Program-made: the position numbers and the translations under genes
In this document: positions 37,671 to 47,745 of the stretch, one piece after another
Layout of the letters: each line of letters starts with the position of its first letter
How positions within the stretch are numbered: position 1 is the first letter of the stretch
Notes under the pieces: model-generated
Told to the model about the DNA's origin: nothing
What the model saw: only the letters and a program-made list of their open reading frames with translations
Database searches by the model: none
DNA from: an uncultured Bacteroidales bacterium
Lineage (GTDB): Bacteria > Bacteroidota > Bacteroidia > Bacteroidales > UBA10428
DNA length: 64,000 nucleotides
Assembly: GCA_963752195.1 (NCBI GenBank)
Contig: CAVVXI010000001.1
Location: forward strand, 49,735 to 113,734
Direction: 5' to 3'

Positions 37671-40600
37671 ATGAAAAAACAATTAAAGTTTGATTGGAAA
37701 AGGTTCATTTTCCCCTCAAAAAAAATACTATTAATCATGAAAATCCTAACCTTATTATTAACTGTGAATTTGATTTCCATAAGCGCTGTGAGTTACGGCC
37801 AGAAAGAGAAATTTACATTTAATGAAGAGAATGTAGCTATTAAGCAGATACTTTCCGCGATAGAATCCCAAAGCAAAATCAAGTTTTTATATCGTGACGA
37901 AATTCTTGAAAACAAATTTGTCACCGTGAATCTGACCGATGCTAATCTTGATCAGGTTCTGAAAGTTATATTGCAAAAGTCGGGAAATTCATACCGCACA
38001 CTTGACAATAACCTGATTGTAATTGCTACAAATGAAACGTTCCAGGTGCATACGGTTACAGGCAAGGTAACGGATGGCTCAACCGGTGAACCCATTATTG
38101 GTGCTAATGTTGTTATAGAAGGCACCACTACTGGTGTGATTACCGATGTAGATGGGAAATTTGCCCTGGATATTCCAAATGCAAATTCAGTATTACTAAT
38201 TTCCTTTATCGGGTACATTACAGAAACTATACCGGTTAATGGACAAAGCAATATTCCTATTGCACTTATACCCGATATCACAAAGCTTGAAGAAGTAGTT
38301 GTGGTTGGCTATGGCACTCAGAAAAAAACTACTGCAACCGGTGCCATCAGTTCTGCAAAGGGTGAGGTATTAATAAAAGCACCGGTCACGAATGTATCAA
38401 ACAGCCTGGTTGGAAGGTTTACTGGTCTGGTTGGGGTTCAGCGCAGTGGCGAACCGGGTCAGGACGGGACATCCCTGCTTATCCGCGGTCAGAATTCGTT
38501 GGGTAATAATTCTCCCTTGTTTGTAATTGATGGGATAGCCGGCCGTTCAATAGATCGCATTGATCCGAATGATATTGAGAGTGTAACGATTTTGAAAGAT
38601 GCTTCAGCTGCCATTTACGGAGCTCAGGCCGCAAACGGCGTGATCCTAATTACTACAAAGCGCGGAAAAGAAGGAAAGACAAGGGTATCTGTTAATATCA
38701 ACCAGGGTATGAACCAACCCACCGTACTTCCAAAAATGACTAATGCTTCGGAATACGCCACCTATGTGAACGAAATTCTGGAATATCAAAATCTCCCCTT
38801 GCAATATACACAAGACGATATCGCTTTATATGGCAATGGTACAGATCCCTGGGGACATCCAAATACAAACTTTTTTGAGGAGGTGATCAAACCCTGGTCG
38901 GCCCAGAATAACCAAAACGTTACAGTTTCGGGTGGTTCGGAAAATATGAAATATTTCGTTTCCATGGGGCATCGGTACCAGGATGGAAATTATAAAAGAA
39001 GTGCCGTTAATTATGAACAAAATAATGTTCGCGCAAATCTTGACGGGCAGTTGACCAAAAACATCAGTTTATCATTTGATGTCGCCGGCCGGCAGGAAAA
39101 CAGGAATGGAGCCTCACTCAGCACTACTGATGATCTGTGGCGATTCCTGCTCCGATCGAAACCCACGATGAATGCTTACTGGCCTAACGGAAAGCCCGGC
39201 CCGGATATTGAAAAGGGATATAATCCTGCTGTAATTACAACTACTGACGCCGGCTATACCAGGAACAAACTGTTTAACCTCGAAAGCAATACCCGCCTGA
39301 ACATTAATATTCCCTGGGTTAAAGGGTTGAGTGTATCCGGAAATTTTTCGATTGATAAGATTGATGAGCACGGCAAACGATGGCAAAAGCCCTGGACCTT
39401 GTATTATTGGGACGGTACAACAATAGATGCAGGCGGCATACCTGTATTAAATCCCGATATCAGGGGACCGGAAACACAACTGGCAGAATATATGCAAAAC
39501 AGCCAGACTATAACATGGAATACCTTGATTAATTATGGATTCCAGATTCACAATCATGATTTCAAGATATTGTTCGGACATGAAAGGAATACCTACAACC
39601 TTGAAAACGTTGGAGGTTCAAGGATTGGATACAGTTCCACCGCACTTGAACAACTAAACGTGGGTAATACATCCGGTGCACAAAATACCGGCATGGCTTA
39701 TCATTCTGCACGTCTGAATTATTTCGGCCGTATTAACTATAATTTTAGCCAAAAGTACCTGTTAGAATTTGTGTGGCGTTATGATGGTTCCTCCAAATTT
39801 GCCAAAGGTCATCAGTTTGGTTTCTTTCCCGGGGTATCCGGAGGATGGCGGATTTCTGAAGAAGATTTCTGGAAAAACAATATTACCTCTATTACCAATT
39901 TCAAGATTAAAGGCTCCTGGGGACAAACCGGTAATGATCGCATCAGTGATTATCAGTACCTTTCATCCTATACGTATAATGTCGATACCAGAAATTCCTT
40001 TATTACAGGCACGGATACTGGCATCGAAAATCTCTACCTCACAGAATCAACCGTAGGAAATCCTGATGTAACCTGGGAAAGAGCGACACAAACCGACGTT
40101 GGCTTCGAGATGCAGTTATTAGGGAATAAAATCTCGATTAATGCTGATTATTTCCATAATACAAGGTCCGACATTCTATGGAGACAATTTGCTTCACTTC
40201 CGGCCATGTCAGGCATAAGCAACCCTCCTTATACCAATCTTGGAGAAGTTGAAGTGAAAGGTATAGAAGGCGATATAACCTATTCCAACAGGCATGGTGA
40301 CTTTGATGTGATTGTTTCGGCAAATGCGAGCTATAATAAGAGCCGGGTATTGTTTATGGACGAAGATCCGTCTGTTCTCGATTATCAAAAGGCTACCGGT
40401 CGTGTAATAGGAAATAATCCCGGTGTTACCGGCGATAATTTGTACTATGTGGCAACGGGAATTTACCAGGATGAAGCCGATATCGCGAACAGTCCGGTTA
40501 ATAGTCTCACTACCTCGCCCCGGCCAGGCGATCTGAAGTTTAAGGATGTTGACCATAGCGGTACCATTGATGCCAAGGACAGGGTGAGAAGTGATAAAAA

Positions 40601-41084
40601 TGCATACCCCAATTTTATTGCAGGCTTTAATGTGAGCCTCCGGTACAAAATTTTTGATTTGTCATTTCTGATTCAGGGAGCTACCGGCGGCGAGCTTCTT
40701 AACATCCGTAAGGAAAGTGGCGAAGCAGGCAATGTTTATAAATACTTATGTGAAAATCGCTGGACACCTGAAAACAAAGGCGCCTCGATTCCCAGGGCCC
40801 ACAATGGCAGCGAATATTTTGCTTATCCCAATCCAAGCACTTTTTACCTCTATAGCAATGATTATATCAGGCTGAAAAATCTTGAAATAGGCTGCAGTCT
40901 GCCTGATAAACTCGTAAAACGTTTGCGGATTGAAAATTTACGCTTGTATATAAGCGGTTCTAACCTGTTAACTTTTTCGGAGATAAGCAACAAACTTGGC
41001 TTTGATCCTGAGATTGCCAACAACCTTGGACAGGCATATCCGATTGTACGGGTTTTAAATGCCGGCCTAACCTTAACTTTTTAA
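37671..41084 (+). CDS. SusC/RagA-family TonB-dependent outer-membrane transporter with N-terminal STN signalling domain
   Basis: 1137 aa. The STN-like segment is VAIKQILSAIESQSKIKFLYRDE. The carboxypeptidase-regulatory-like domain is VTGKVTDGSTGEPIIGANVVIEGTTTGVITDVDGKF. The TonB box/plug region is EEVVVVGYGTQKK, and the C-terminus is a terminal beta-strand ending in F. Confidence 0.95.
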   Translation: MKKQLKFDWKRFIFPSKKILLIMKILTLLLTVNLISISAVSYGQKEKFTFNEENVAIKQILSAIESQSKIKFLYRDEILENKFVTVNLTDANLDQVLKVILQKSGNSYRTLDNNLIVIATNETFQVHTVTGKVTDGSTGEPIIGANVVIEGTTTGVITDVDGKFALDIPNANSVLLISFIGYITETIPVNGQSNIPIALIPDITKLEEVVVVGYGTQKKTTATGAISSAKGEVLIKAPVTNVSNSLVGRFTGLVGVQRSGEPGQDGTSLLIRGQNSLGNNSPLFVIDGIAGRSIDRIDPNDIESVTILKDASAAIYGAQAANGVILITTKRGKEGKTRVSVNINQGMNQPTVLPKMTNASEYATYVNEILEYQNLPLQYTQDDIALYGNGTDPWGHPNTNFFEEVIKPWSAQNNQNVTVSGGSENMKYFVSMGHRYQDGNYKRSAVNYEQNNVRANLDGQLTKNISLSFDVAGRQENRNGASLSTTDDLWRFLLRSKPTMNAYWPNGKPGPDIEKGYNPAVITTTDAGYTRNKLFNLESNTRLNINIPWVKGLSVSGNFSIDKIDEHGKRWQKPWTLYYWDGTTIDAGGIPVLNPDIRGPETQLAEYMQNSQTITWNTLINYGFQIHNHDFKILFGHERNTYNLENVGGSRIGYSSTALEQLNVGNTSGAQNTGMAYHSARLNYFGRINYNFSQKYLLEFVWRYDGSSKFAKGHQFGFFPGVSGGWRISEEDFWKNNITSITNFKIKGSWGQTGNDRISDYQYLSSYTYNVDTRNSFITGTDTGIENLYLTESTVGNPDVTWERATQTDVGFEMQLLGNKISINADYFHNTRSDILWRQFASLPAMSGISNPPYTNLGEVEVKGIEGDITYSNRHGDFDVIVSANASYNKSRVLFMDEDPSVLDYQKATGRVIGNNPGVTGDNLYYVATGIYQDEADIANSPVNSLTTSPRPGDLKFKDVDHSGTIDAKDRVRSDKNAYPNFIAGFNVSLRYKIFDLSFLIQGATGGELLNIRKESGEAGNVYKYLCENRWTPENKGASIPRAHNGSEYFAYPNPSTFYLYSNDYIRLKNLEIGCSLPDKLVKRLRIENLRLYISGSNLLTFSEISNKLGFDPEIANNLGQAYPIVRVLNAGLTLTF

Positions 41085-41096
41085 ATCATTTGCATT

Positions 41097-43007
41097 ATGA
41101 AATATAAATCATATATAATCACAGCCTTGTCTTTATTCCTTATATCTTATTCCTGTAAGATGGATGAGGATTTCGTTGAAAGAAACCCGCTGGGTAATTA
41201 TACCGATGCAGCAGTTTATTCAAATCTCGCGCTTTCGGAATCTGCTGTCAATTCCATGTACCGGAATATCTGGGCTTTCCCGTTCAGTTTTGTTACCATG
41301 GCCGACTACGTGGACGAAGCACAGTCAATCTACTATACCAGCGATATTCTCACCTTTTGTAATTCCGGCATCACTGAAAACGGCATAACCGGATGGTATT
41401 ATACATGGCAAATGGCCAATACACGAAGGTACAATTGGGATGAATTGTACCAGGTGGTTAGACAAACAAATCTTCTGCTTTCCAATGTTGATAATATTCC
41501 TGCTATGAATCCCAATGAAAGCAATCTTAAAAGAAGACTGAAAGGTGAGGCATTTTTTGTCAGGGCTCTTGCCTATCATTATCTTACCAGTTTGTATGGA
41601 GGTGTACCCATTGTTGAGAAGGTCTTTGAACCTACGGATAAAATCGATATGCAGCGGGATACGTATGAAAACTGCATTGATTTTATAATAACCCAGCTTG
41701 ATTCAGCAGCAAACATATTGCCTTTAAATTGGGATGGCTCCCTACCGTCCAATAATGAGGATAATATCGGACGTGCCACAAAAGGGGCTGCCTTGGCCCT
41801 AAAGTCGAGAGTGCTTCTATATGCTGCAAGTGATTTGCATCAAACTATGTCTTCCTATGCTCCTGGCTATGCCTACCCCGAATTGCTGGGATATACAGGA
41901 GGAGATAGGAACGCGCTTTGGACTTCTGCCAGGAATGCAGCCAAAGCAGTGATGGACCTTGGAATTTACGAGTTGTATAAAGCATCCCCGGCAGACGGGG
42001 ATTCGGTTGCGGAAAATATTGCAGAATACTTCGTTACCAAGGACATGACATCGGAAGATATTTTATATCAGCGTTTTGGTCCTAATTCCAATGAATCCTG
42101 GGATGCCGGTCAACCCCAGCAGGTTTGGGCCGGAGGCGGATGGAACGGATGGGGTACAACCACTCCCATAGGTGATCTGATTGACGATTATGAAATGAAC
42201 GACGGTAGCAGGTTCGACTGGAACAACCCTATGCATGCCGCCGCACCCTATTCAAATCGTGATGCACGTCTTTATGCCAGCGTTTTGTACGAAGGTGCAA
42301 ACTGGATAATGCGTCCGACCGCTTATGTATCCAAAGATCCATTTAATGTGTATCAAACCGGGCAAATTAAAAATATGGCGGGTGATGCGCTTTTATATGC
42401 AGGACTTGATAACAGGAATGGAAATGCTTCAAATGCTGTAAATTGTTCCTATACGGGATATAATATGCGGAAATTCCTCGATCCTACGGTTATTGATATT
42501 AATAATACTTCGGCCAACCAGTGGATTCCATTCCGTTACTTCAGGTTTGCTGAGATTCTCCTGAATTATGCCGAAGCCTGTATTGCATTGGGTGAAGAAA
42601 ATGAAGCCAGGACCTACATTAATAAAGTGCGCACAAGGGCAGGACAACCTGCTTTGGATGCAACTGTAACGGGGGCTGAGTTACTTGCCAGATACAGAAA
42701 TGAACGTCGGATAGAATTGGCATTTGAAAATCATCGCTTTTTTGATGTAAGAAGATGGATGATAGGTCCGGACGCTTATCATGCCATGCATGGAGTAGAA
42801 GTTACCTATTCCGTACCTGATGGAACTGAAATTTCAGGTTATTTCAAAAATCCTGCCACCGGAGAGAAATGGTCAACACCTGTTTATAAACCTATTGTGC
42901 TTGAAACGAGGAGCTGGAATGATAAATCCTATTTCTTTCCCCTCATGAGGACCGAATTGGGCAGAAACCTCTCATTGGTTCAGAATCCGGGTTACGGAGG
43001 CTTATAA
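41097..43007 (+). CDS. SusD/RagB-family nutrient-binding lipoprotein
   Basis: Lipobox LFLISYSC. SusD-like TPR regions are RGEAFFVRALAYHYL, FRFAEILLNYAEA and ERRIELAFENHRFFDVRRW. It is immediately downstream of the SusC-like gene. Confidence 0.95.
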   Translation: MKYKSYIITALSLFLISYSCKMDEDFVERNPLGNYTDAAVYSNLALSESAVNSMYRNIWAFPFSFVTMADYVDEAQSIYYTSDILTFCNSGITENGITGWYYTWQMANTRRYNWDELYQVVRQTNLLLSNVDNIPAMNPNESNLKRRLKGEAFFVRALAYHYLTSLYGGVPIVEKVFEPTDKIDMQRDTYENCIDFIITQLDSAANILPLNWDGSLPSNNEDNIGRATKGAALALKSRVLLYAASDLHQTMSSYAPGYAYPELLGYTGGDRNALWTSARNAAKAVMDLGIYELYKASPADGDSVAENIAEYFVTKDMTSEDILYQRFGPNSNESWDAGQPQQVWAGGGWNGWGTTTPIGDLIDDYEMNDGSRFDWNNPMHAAAPYSNRDARLYASVLYEGANWIMRPTAYVSKDPFNVYQTGQIKNMAGDALLYAGLDNRNGNASNAVNCSYTGYNMRKFLDPTVIDINNTSANQWIPFRYFRFAEILLNYAEACIALGEENEARTYINKVRTRAGQPALDATVTGAELLARYRNERRIELAFENHRFFDVRRWMIGPDAYHAMHGVEVTYSVPDGTEISGYFKNPATGEKWSTPVYKPIVLETRSWNDKSYFFPLMRTELGRNLSLVQNPGYGGL

Positions 43008-43099
43008 TAAACGGATATTTTGCATTTTATTTGGAATATGGGACAGGCATCGAACAGATGCCTGTCCTGATTCTTAATGCACAACACTCATTTAAATCT

Positions 43100-45343
43100 A
43101 TGAAATTCTATATTCTGTTTGTATTAATTATTTTTCTGATTAAGTCAGAAACAAACACAGCTGCACAAGAGATAGCGCTTGAAAAGGGATGGAAATTCAA
43201 AGCGGGCGATGATTTATCATGGTCCGGACCAGATTATGACGATTCAGAGTGGAACCCTGTTTCAATTGCACAATCGTGGGAAAACCAGGGCTATGCTGAT
43301 TATGACGGATTCGGCTGGTATCGGATCAGGGTCGTAATTCCCTCATCTCTTAAAGAATCGGCTTTCCTAAAGGACAGTCTTCAATTTATAATTGGAAAGG
43401 TAGATGACGATGATCAGTTTTATCTGAACGGCAATTTTATTGGCCAGAATAATACCGGGCATAGAACCGCTGATTCCGCCTTCCGTATCGGAAATGGTTT
43501 TTATCTTCCTGAAAGAAAATATATTATTTCAGCCAGCGATCCTAATATTCATTGGGACCAGGAAAATATAATTGCCATACGCGTATTTGACCAGGGCGGC
43601 GGTGGCGGATTATACGCCGGAATTCCTTACATAAGTATGGTTAACTTATCTCAGTATTTTAATATCGATAAGGTCACTGATTATTATAAGTTCGGGAACA
43701 ATTTCTTAAAAAAAACTTTTTTTATTCGAAATACATCTAAATTCATTATTAAAGGAAACCTTTCCCTTGATGTTGAAATTGATATTAACGGGTTCACAAA
43801 AAATATCACAGATTCTACCCTCGAATTACTACCCGGTGAAATCCTGGAATTCCCTGTTTCGCTAAAAGTAAGCAACGAGTCATCGCGCATAAACTTTACT
43901 TTCAGACACTTTGATTCTCAATTAGTAATATACGATACTGAAGAATTACCGTATATTCTTACCCCGCAACTTTCTCAGATTCCTGCTATTAATGGAGCCA
44001 GAATTGTCGGTGTACGTCCTGGACATTTTTTACTTTTTACCATTCCGGTTACAGGAAAGCGTCCAATTTTTTTCGATGCAAAAAATTTACCTCCCGGTGT
44101 GTATCTGGATAAAGAAAAGGGAATCCTTACCGGAAAGGTTGCCTTACCCGGAGAATATGAAGTTACCCTTGTTGCCAGAAATGATTTTGGAGAGGCAAAA
44201 ACTAAACTAACTATTAAGGTTGGCGATCAAATCATGCTTACTCCGCCTATGGGGTGGAACAGTTGGAATTGCTGGGGGTTAAGTATTGACGAAACCAGGG
44301 TTCTGCAAAGTGCAAAGGCATTTGTAGAAAAGGGCCTTGTTAATCATGGATGGTCCTTCATAAATATTGACGATGGCTGGCAAGGTGGTAGAGATACAAA
44401 CGGGGAAATAATTCCAAATGAAAAATTTGTTAATATGAAGGTTTTGGGAGATAGCCTGCATCAAAAGGGACTAAAATTTGGTATATACTCATCACCCGGT
44501 CCCCTTACCTGTGGCAGATATACCGGATCTTTTCGACACGAAATTCAGGATGCCAGAACATATGCAGAATGGGGTATTGACTATTTAAAGTATGATTGGT
44601 GCTCCTATGCTGCCATAGCTAAAGATGCGTCGCTTCCCGAGTTGAAAAAGCCCTATTTGTTAATGAAGGAAGGTTTGGAAAATGCCGGTCGTGATATTGT
44701 GTATAGTCTTTGCCAGTATGGTGCAGGTGATGTTTGGGAATGGGGTACGGAGGTAGGAGGTAACCTCTGGCGAACTACCGGCGATATAACCGATATGTGG
44801 GAAGTTCTTCAGGAAATTGGTTTTTCGCAGATTCAACATTCTGCCTATGCAGGTCCCGGACATTGGAATGATCCGGATATGCTTATTGTTGGGTGGCTTG
44901 GCTGGGGGCCAAATTTACGTCCGTCAAGATTGACCCCTAATGAACAATATACTCACATCAGTTTATGGTGCTTGCTTTCAGCACCATTGCTATTGGGCTG
45001 TGATCTTACCCGACTTGACGATTTTACCTTAAATCTGCTGACTAATGACGAAGTTCTCGCTTTGGATCAGGATCCGCTGGGTAAACAAGCTGTTCCGGTT
45101 TATAAGTCCGGTAATATTCAGATTTGGGCAAAGGATCTGGCTGATGGAAGCAAGGCCATTGGTATTTTCAATCTGGGAGCTTCAACGGAACAAGTAGTTG
45201 TCTCCCTGGTGGATCTTGGTTTCAAAGGAAAACATATACTTCGCGACATATGGCGTCAAAAAAATATCGGTGAATTTGAAGATGTATATAATACCTCTAT
45301 ATCCAGACATGGAGTGCAACTTTTGAAACTGACAGCAAAATAG
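43100..45343 (+). CDS. GH27 alpha-galactosidase-like enzyme with N-terminal sugar-binding and Ig-like domains
   Basis: The signal peptide starts at the ATG at 43100 (MKFYILFVLIIFLIKSETNTAAQ). GH27 motifs are PPMGWNSWNCWG, INIDDGWQ, YLKYDWC and HWNDPDML. The N-terminal GH2-type sugar-binding-like region contains GFGWYR. Confidence 0.8.
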   Translation: MKFYILFVLIIFLIKSETNTAAQEIALEKGWKFKAGDDLSWSGPDYDDSEWNPVSIAQSWENQGYADYDGFGWYRIRVVIPSSLKESAFLKDSLQFIIGKVDDDDQFYLNGNFIGQNNTGHRTADSAFRIGNGFYLPERKYIISASDPNIHWDQENIIAIRVFDQGGGGGLYAGIPYISMVNLSQYFNIDKVTDYYKFGNNFLKKTFFIRNTSKFIIKGNLSLDVEIDINGFTKNITDSTLELLPGEILEFPVSLKVSNESSRINFTFRHFDSQLVIYDTEELPYILTPQLSQIPAINGARIVGVRPGHFLLFTIPVTGKRPIFFDAKNLPPGVYLDKEKGILTGKVALPGEYEVTLVARNDFGEAKTKLTIKVGDQIMLTPPMGWNSWNCWGLSIDETRVLQSAKAFVEKGLVNHGWSFINIDDGWQGGRDTNGEIIPNEKFVNMKVLGDSLHQKGLKFGIYSSPGPLTCGRYTGSFRHEIQDARTYAEWGIDYLKYDWCSYAAIAKDASLPELKKPYLLMKEGLENAGRDIVYSLCQYGAGDVWEWGTEVGGNLWRTTGDITDMWEVLQEIGFSQIQHSAYAGPGHWNDPDMLIVGWLGWGPNLRPSRLTPNEQYTHISLWCLLSAPLLLGCDLTRLDDFTLNLLTNDEVLALDQDPLGKQAVPVYKSGNIQIWAKDLADGSKAIGIFNLGASTEQVVVSLVDLGFKGKHILRDIWRQKNIGEFEDVYNTSISRHGVQLLKLTAK

Positions 45344-45369
45344 TATGATATCTCCCTAAATCCAACTAA

Positions 45370-47742
45370 ATGAAAAGATTAATAACAACGCTGGCAGGTA
45401 TCGGATGTTGCCTATTGCTAAATGCTCAGCCTTCTTCCGGAAATATCTTCACCTTCAGTCTTCACGACAATTACACTATACAAATTGAAGTTTGCAGCAA
45501 CGAAATTATTCATTTACATTCTGCTAACGGATCTTTTTCGCAAAGCCTGATGGAGCGCTACGGCATTTTAAAGGTCGATTGGCCTGATGCAGAAGTTCAA
45601 TCTAAGAATGAAAATGGTAACCAAATCATCCAGACAGCCCAATTTCAATTAGTCTTTAATCAGGTTACCGGAGAACTACTGGTAAAAGATGTAAAGGGGA
45701 ATACAATTATCAACAGCATAAGATTCATCGGTCACAAGGATTTGTTGTATACTGATCTGAGCCAGTCGCTTGAAAATTATTTCGGGAAGTCCAAATCAGG
45801 CGGCGGCATTATCGGTGACACTGCCTGGTCAGGTACTAAAAATGAAAATGTAGAGATCACAGACCCTTATAATTCTTCCGTAATTGAGATTTCACTGAAT
45901 AAAAATGAACGGTTTTATGGCGCCGGAAGTGCCAGCCGGGATCATATTCAGCATCGGGGATCTGCTTTGAAAATCTGGGCAAGCTATCAAAAATCGGAAG
46001 CTCCCATGCCCTTTCTGATGAGTTCCGCAGGATGGGGGATCTTCAATAACACTACCTTGAAAAATTATTTTGATGTCGGCAGGTACAATCCTGATAAACT
46101 CTTCCTGTATACCACAGCAGAGGAGATTGATTTTTATCTGATGCTGGGAGACAATATGGTGGACGTAATTGAGCAGTATACCACCCTTACCGGTAAACCC
46201 TATTTACTTCCCAGGTGGGCTTATGGCCTGGCTTTTGGCAGCAATATTCTCGAAAATCAATTTAATGTGCTCGATAATGCACTTCGATTCAGAAAAGAAC
46301 AGATACCCTGCGATATCTATTGGCTGGAACCGCAATGGATGAAGAAAACCTATGATTTTTCAACCCAAAAAGAATGGAACACCGACCGATTCCAGGCAAG
46401 CTATGAATGGATGAATGACCCTGCGAATCCCAAGGCAACAAATTTGTTCATCAGCCGAATGAATGACCTGGGATTTAAGACGGTTTTATGGCTTTGTGCA
46501 GATCATGATCTGACCATTGAAGAAGAGGATAATCTTTCAGTCCGGTCGGGGCAGACATCATCAGGTATGGAACATTGGTTTCCACATCTGAACAAATTCG
46601 TGGACCAGGGAATAGCCGGATTTAAACTTGATCCCGGCAGGACCCTTGATGAGCATCCTGCCATGAAATATTATAACGGCAAAACCGATGCCGAGATGCA
46701 CAATCTTAACCAGGTGTTACTGCAAAAGCAGATGTATAGGACATTTCGCGAACATACCGGGATGCGGTCCTTTCATCATTATTGTGGCGGGTATGCAGGA
46801 TCACAGCACTGGGGTGCAGCCACAGTGGGAGATAACGGAGGAAATATAAAAAGTTTATATGATATCATAAATCAGAGTTTTACCGGAAACAGCAATGTAG
46901 CCGTCGATGCACTGGAGGATGTTGCAATTAAAGGACCGGGTATACATTATGCTTTTTTTACACCCTGGGTGCAGGTAAACAGCTGGGCCTGGTTGTTACA
47001 TCCCTGGTATTATAATGAGCACGATAAGATGCTGTTCCGGTTTTATGCACAATTGCGGTATAGCCTGCTTCCTTATATTTATTCCAGTGCTGTTAACAGT
47101 TCAATAACCGGTCAGCCGATTGTATGGCCCATGGCCCTGGCCTATCCTGAAGATAGCTTATTAACCGGTACGCTGCAACAGTATATGTTCGGTGAAAGCC
47201 TGCTGGTAGGAGCTTTTACAAATTCCATCCGTTTACCCGAAGGCAGCTGGATCGATTACTGGACGGGCACAACATATACCGGAAAACAGTGGATTAATTG
47301 CCAGGTGCCTGAGAACAGGGGAGGTCCGTTATTTATCAAAACAGGTGCGATAATTCCATGCCAAAAACCGACACAGTACACAGGTGCACAGCTGCCTGAC
47401 ACGCTCATTGTGAAAGTATATCCTGATAAGCAAAATTCCTATGAATTATTGGAAGATGATGGAATATCCTTTGGTTATGAAAACGGGCAAATTGCTGCTA
47501 CGCGCTTTGACTGCGATCAATCTGGCAAGGCAATTCATTTCCACATCCATCCTGTAAATGGAACTTATAAAGGCATGTCCGGTACACGAACCTACCTGCT
47601 CGAATTTTATTTTCAGGGAAAACCCCGGCAGGTATGGGTTAATAACAAAAAAACAAGAGACTGGAAATTCGATGCCGGTAAGCTTTCAATTACTATTCAA
47701 CAAGGAAATCGTTCCGAAAAACAAATGATAACAATTCTTTAA
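45370..47742 (+). CDS. GH31 family glycosidase (alpha-glucosidase / alpha-xylosidase / alpha-galactosidase type)
   Basis: It has a signal peptide. GH31 features are LPRWAYGLAFGS, IPCDIYWLEPQWM, the nucleophile region GIAGFKLDPG (compare YicI CFKTDFGE), and WGAATVGDN. Confidence 0.75.
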   Translation: MKRLITTLAGIGCCLLLNAQPSSGNIFTFSLHDNYTIQIEVCSNEIIHLHSANGSFSQSLMERYGILKVDWPDAEVQSKNENGNQIIQTAQFQLVFNQVTGELLVKDVKGNTIINSIRFIGHKDLLYTDLSQSLENYFGKSKSGGGIIGDTAWSGTKNENVEITDPYNSSVIEISLNKNERFYGAGSASRDHIQHRGSALKIWASYQKSEAPMPFLMSSAGWGIFNNTTLKNYFDVGRYNPDKLFLYTTAEEIDFYLMLGDNMVDVIEQYTTLTGKPYLLPRWAYGLAFGSNILENQFNVLDNALRFRKEQIPCDIYWLEPQWMKKTYDFSTQKEWNTDRFQASYEWMNDPANPKATNLFISRMNDLGFKTVLWLCADHDLTIEEEDNLSVRSGQTSSGMEHWFPHLNKFVDQGIAGFKLDPGRTLDEHPAMKYYNGKTDAEMHNLNQVLLQKQMYRTFREHTGMRSFHHYCGGYAGSQHWGAATVGDNGGNIKSLYDIINQSFTGNSNVAVDALEDVAIKGPGIHYAFFTPWVQVNSWAWLLHPWYYNEHDKMLFRFYAQLRYSLLPYIYSSAVNSSITGQPIVWPMALAYPEDSLLTGTLQQYMFGESLLVGAFTNSIRLPEGSWIDYWTGTTYTGKQWINCQVPENRGGPLFIKTGAIIPCQKPTQYTGAQLPDTLIVKVYPDKQNSYELLEDDGISFGYENGQIAATRFDCDQSGKAIHFHIHPVNGTYKGMSGTRTYLLEFYFQGKPRQVWVNNKKTRDWKFDAGKLSITIQQGNRSEKQMITIL

Positions 47743-47745
47743 TTT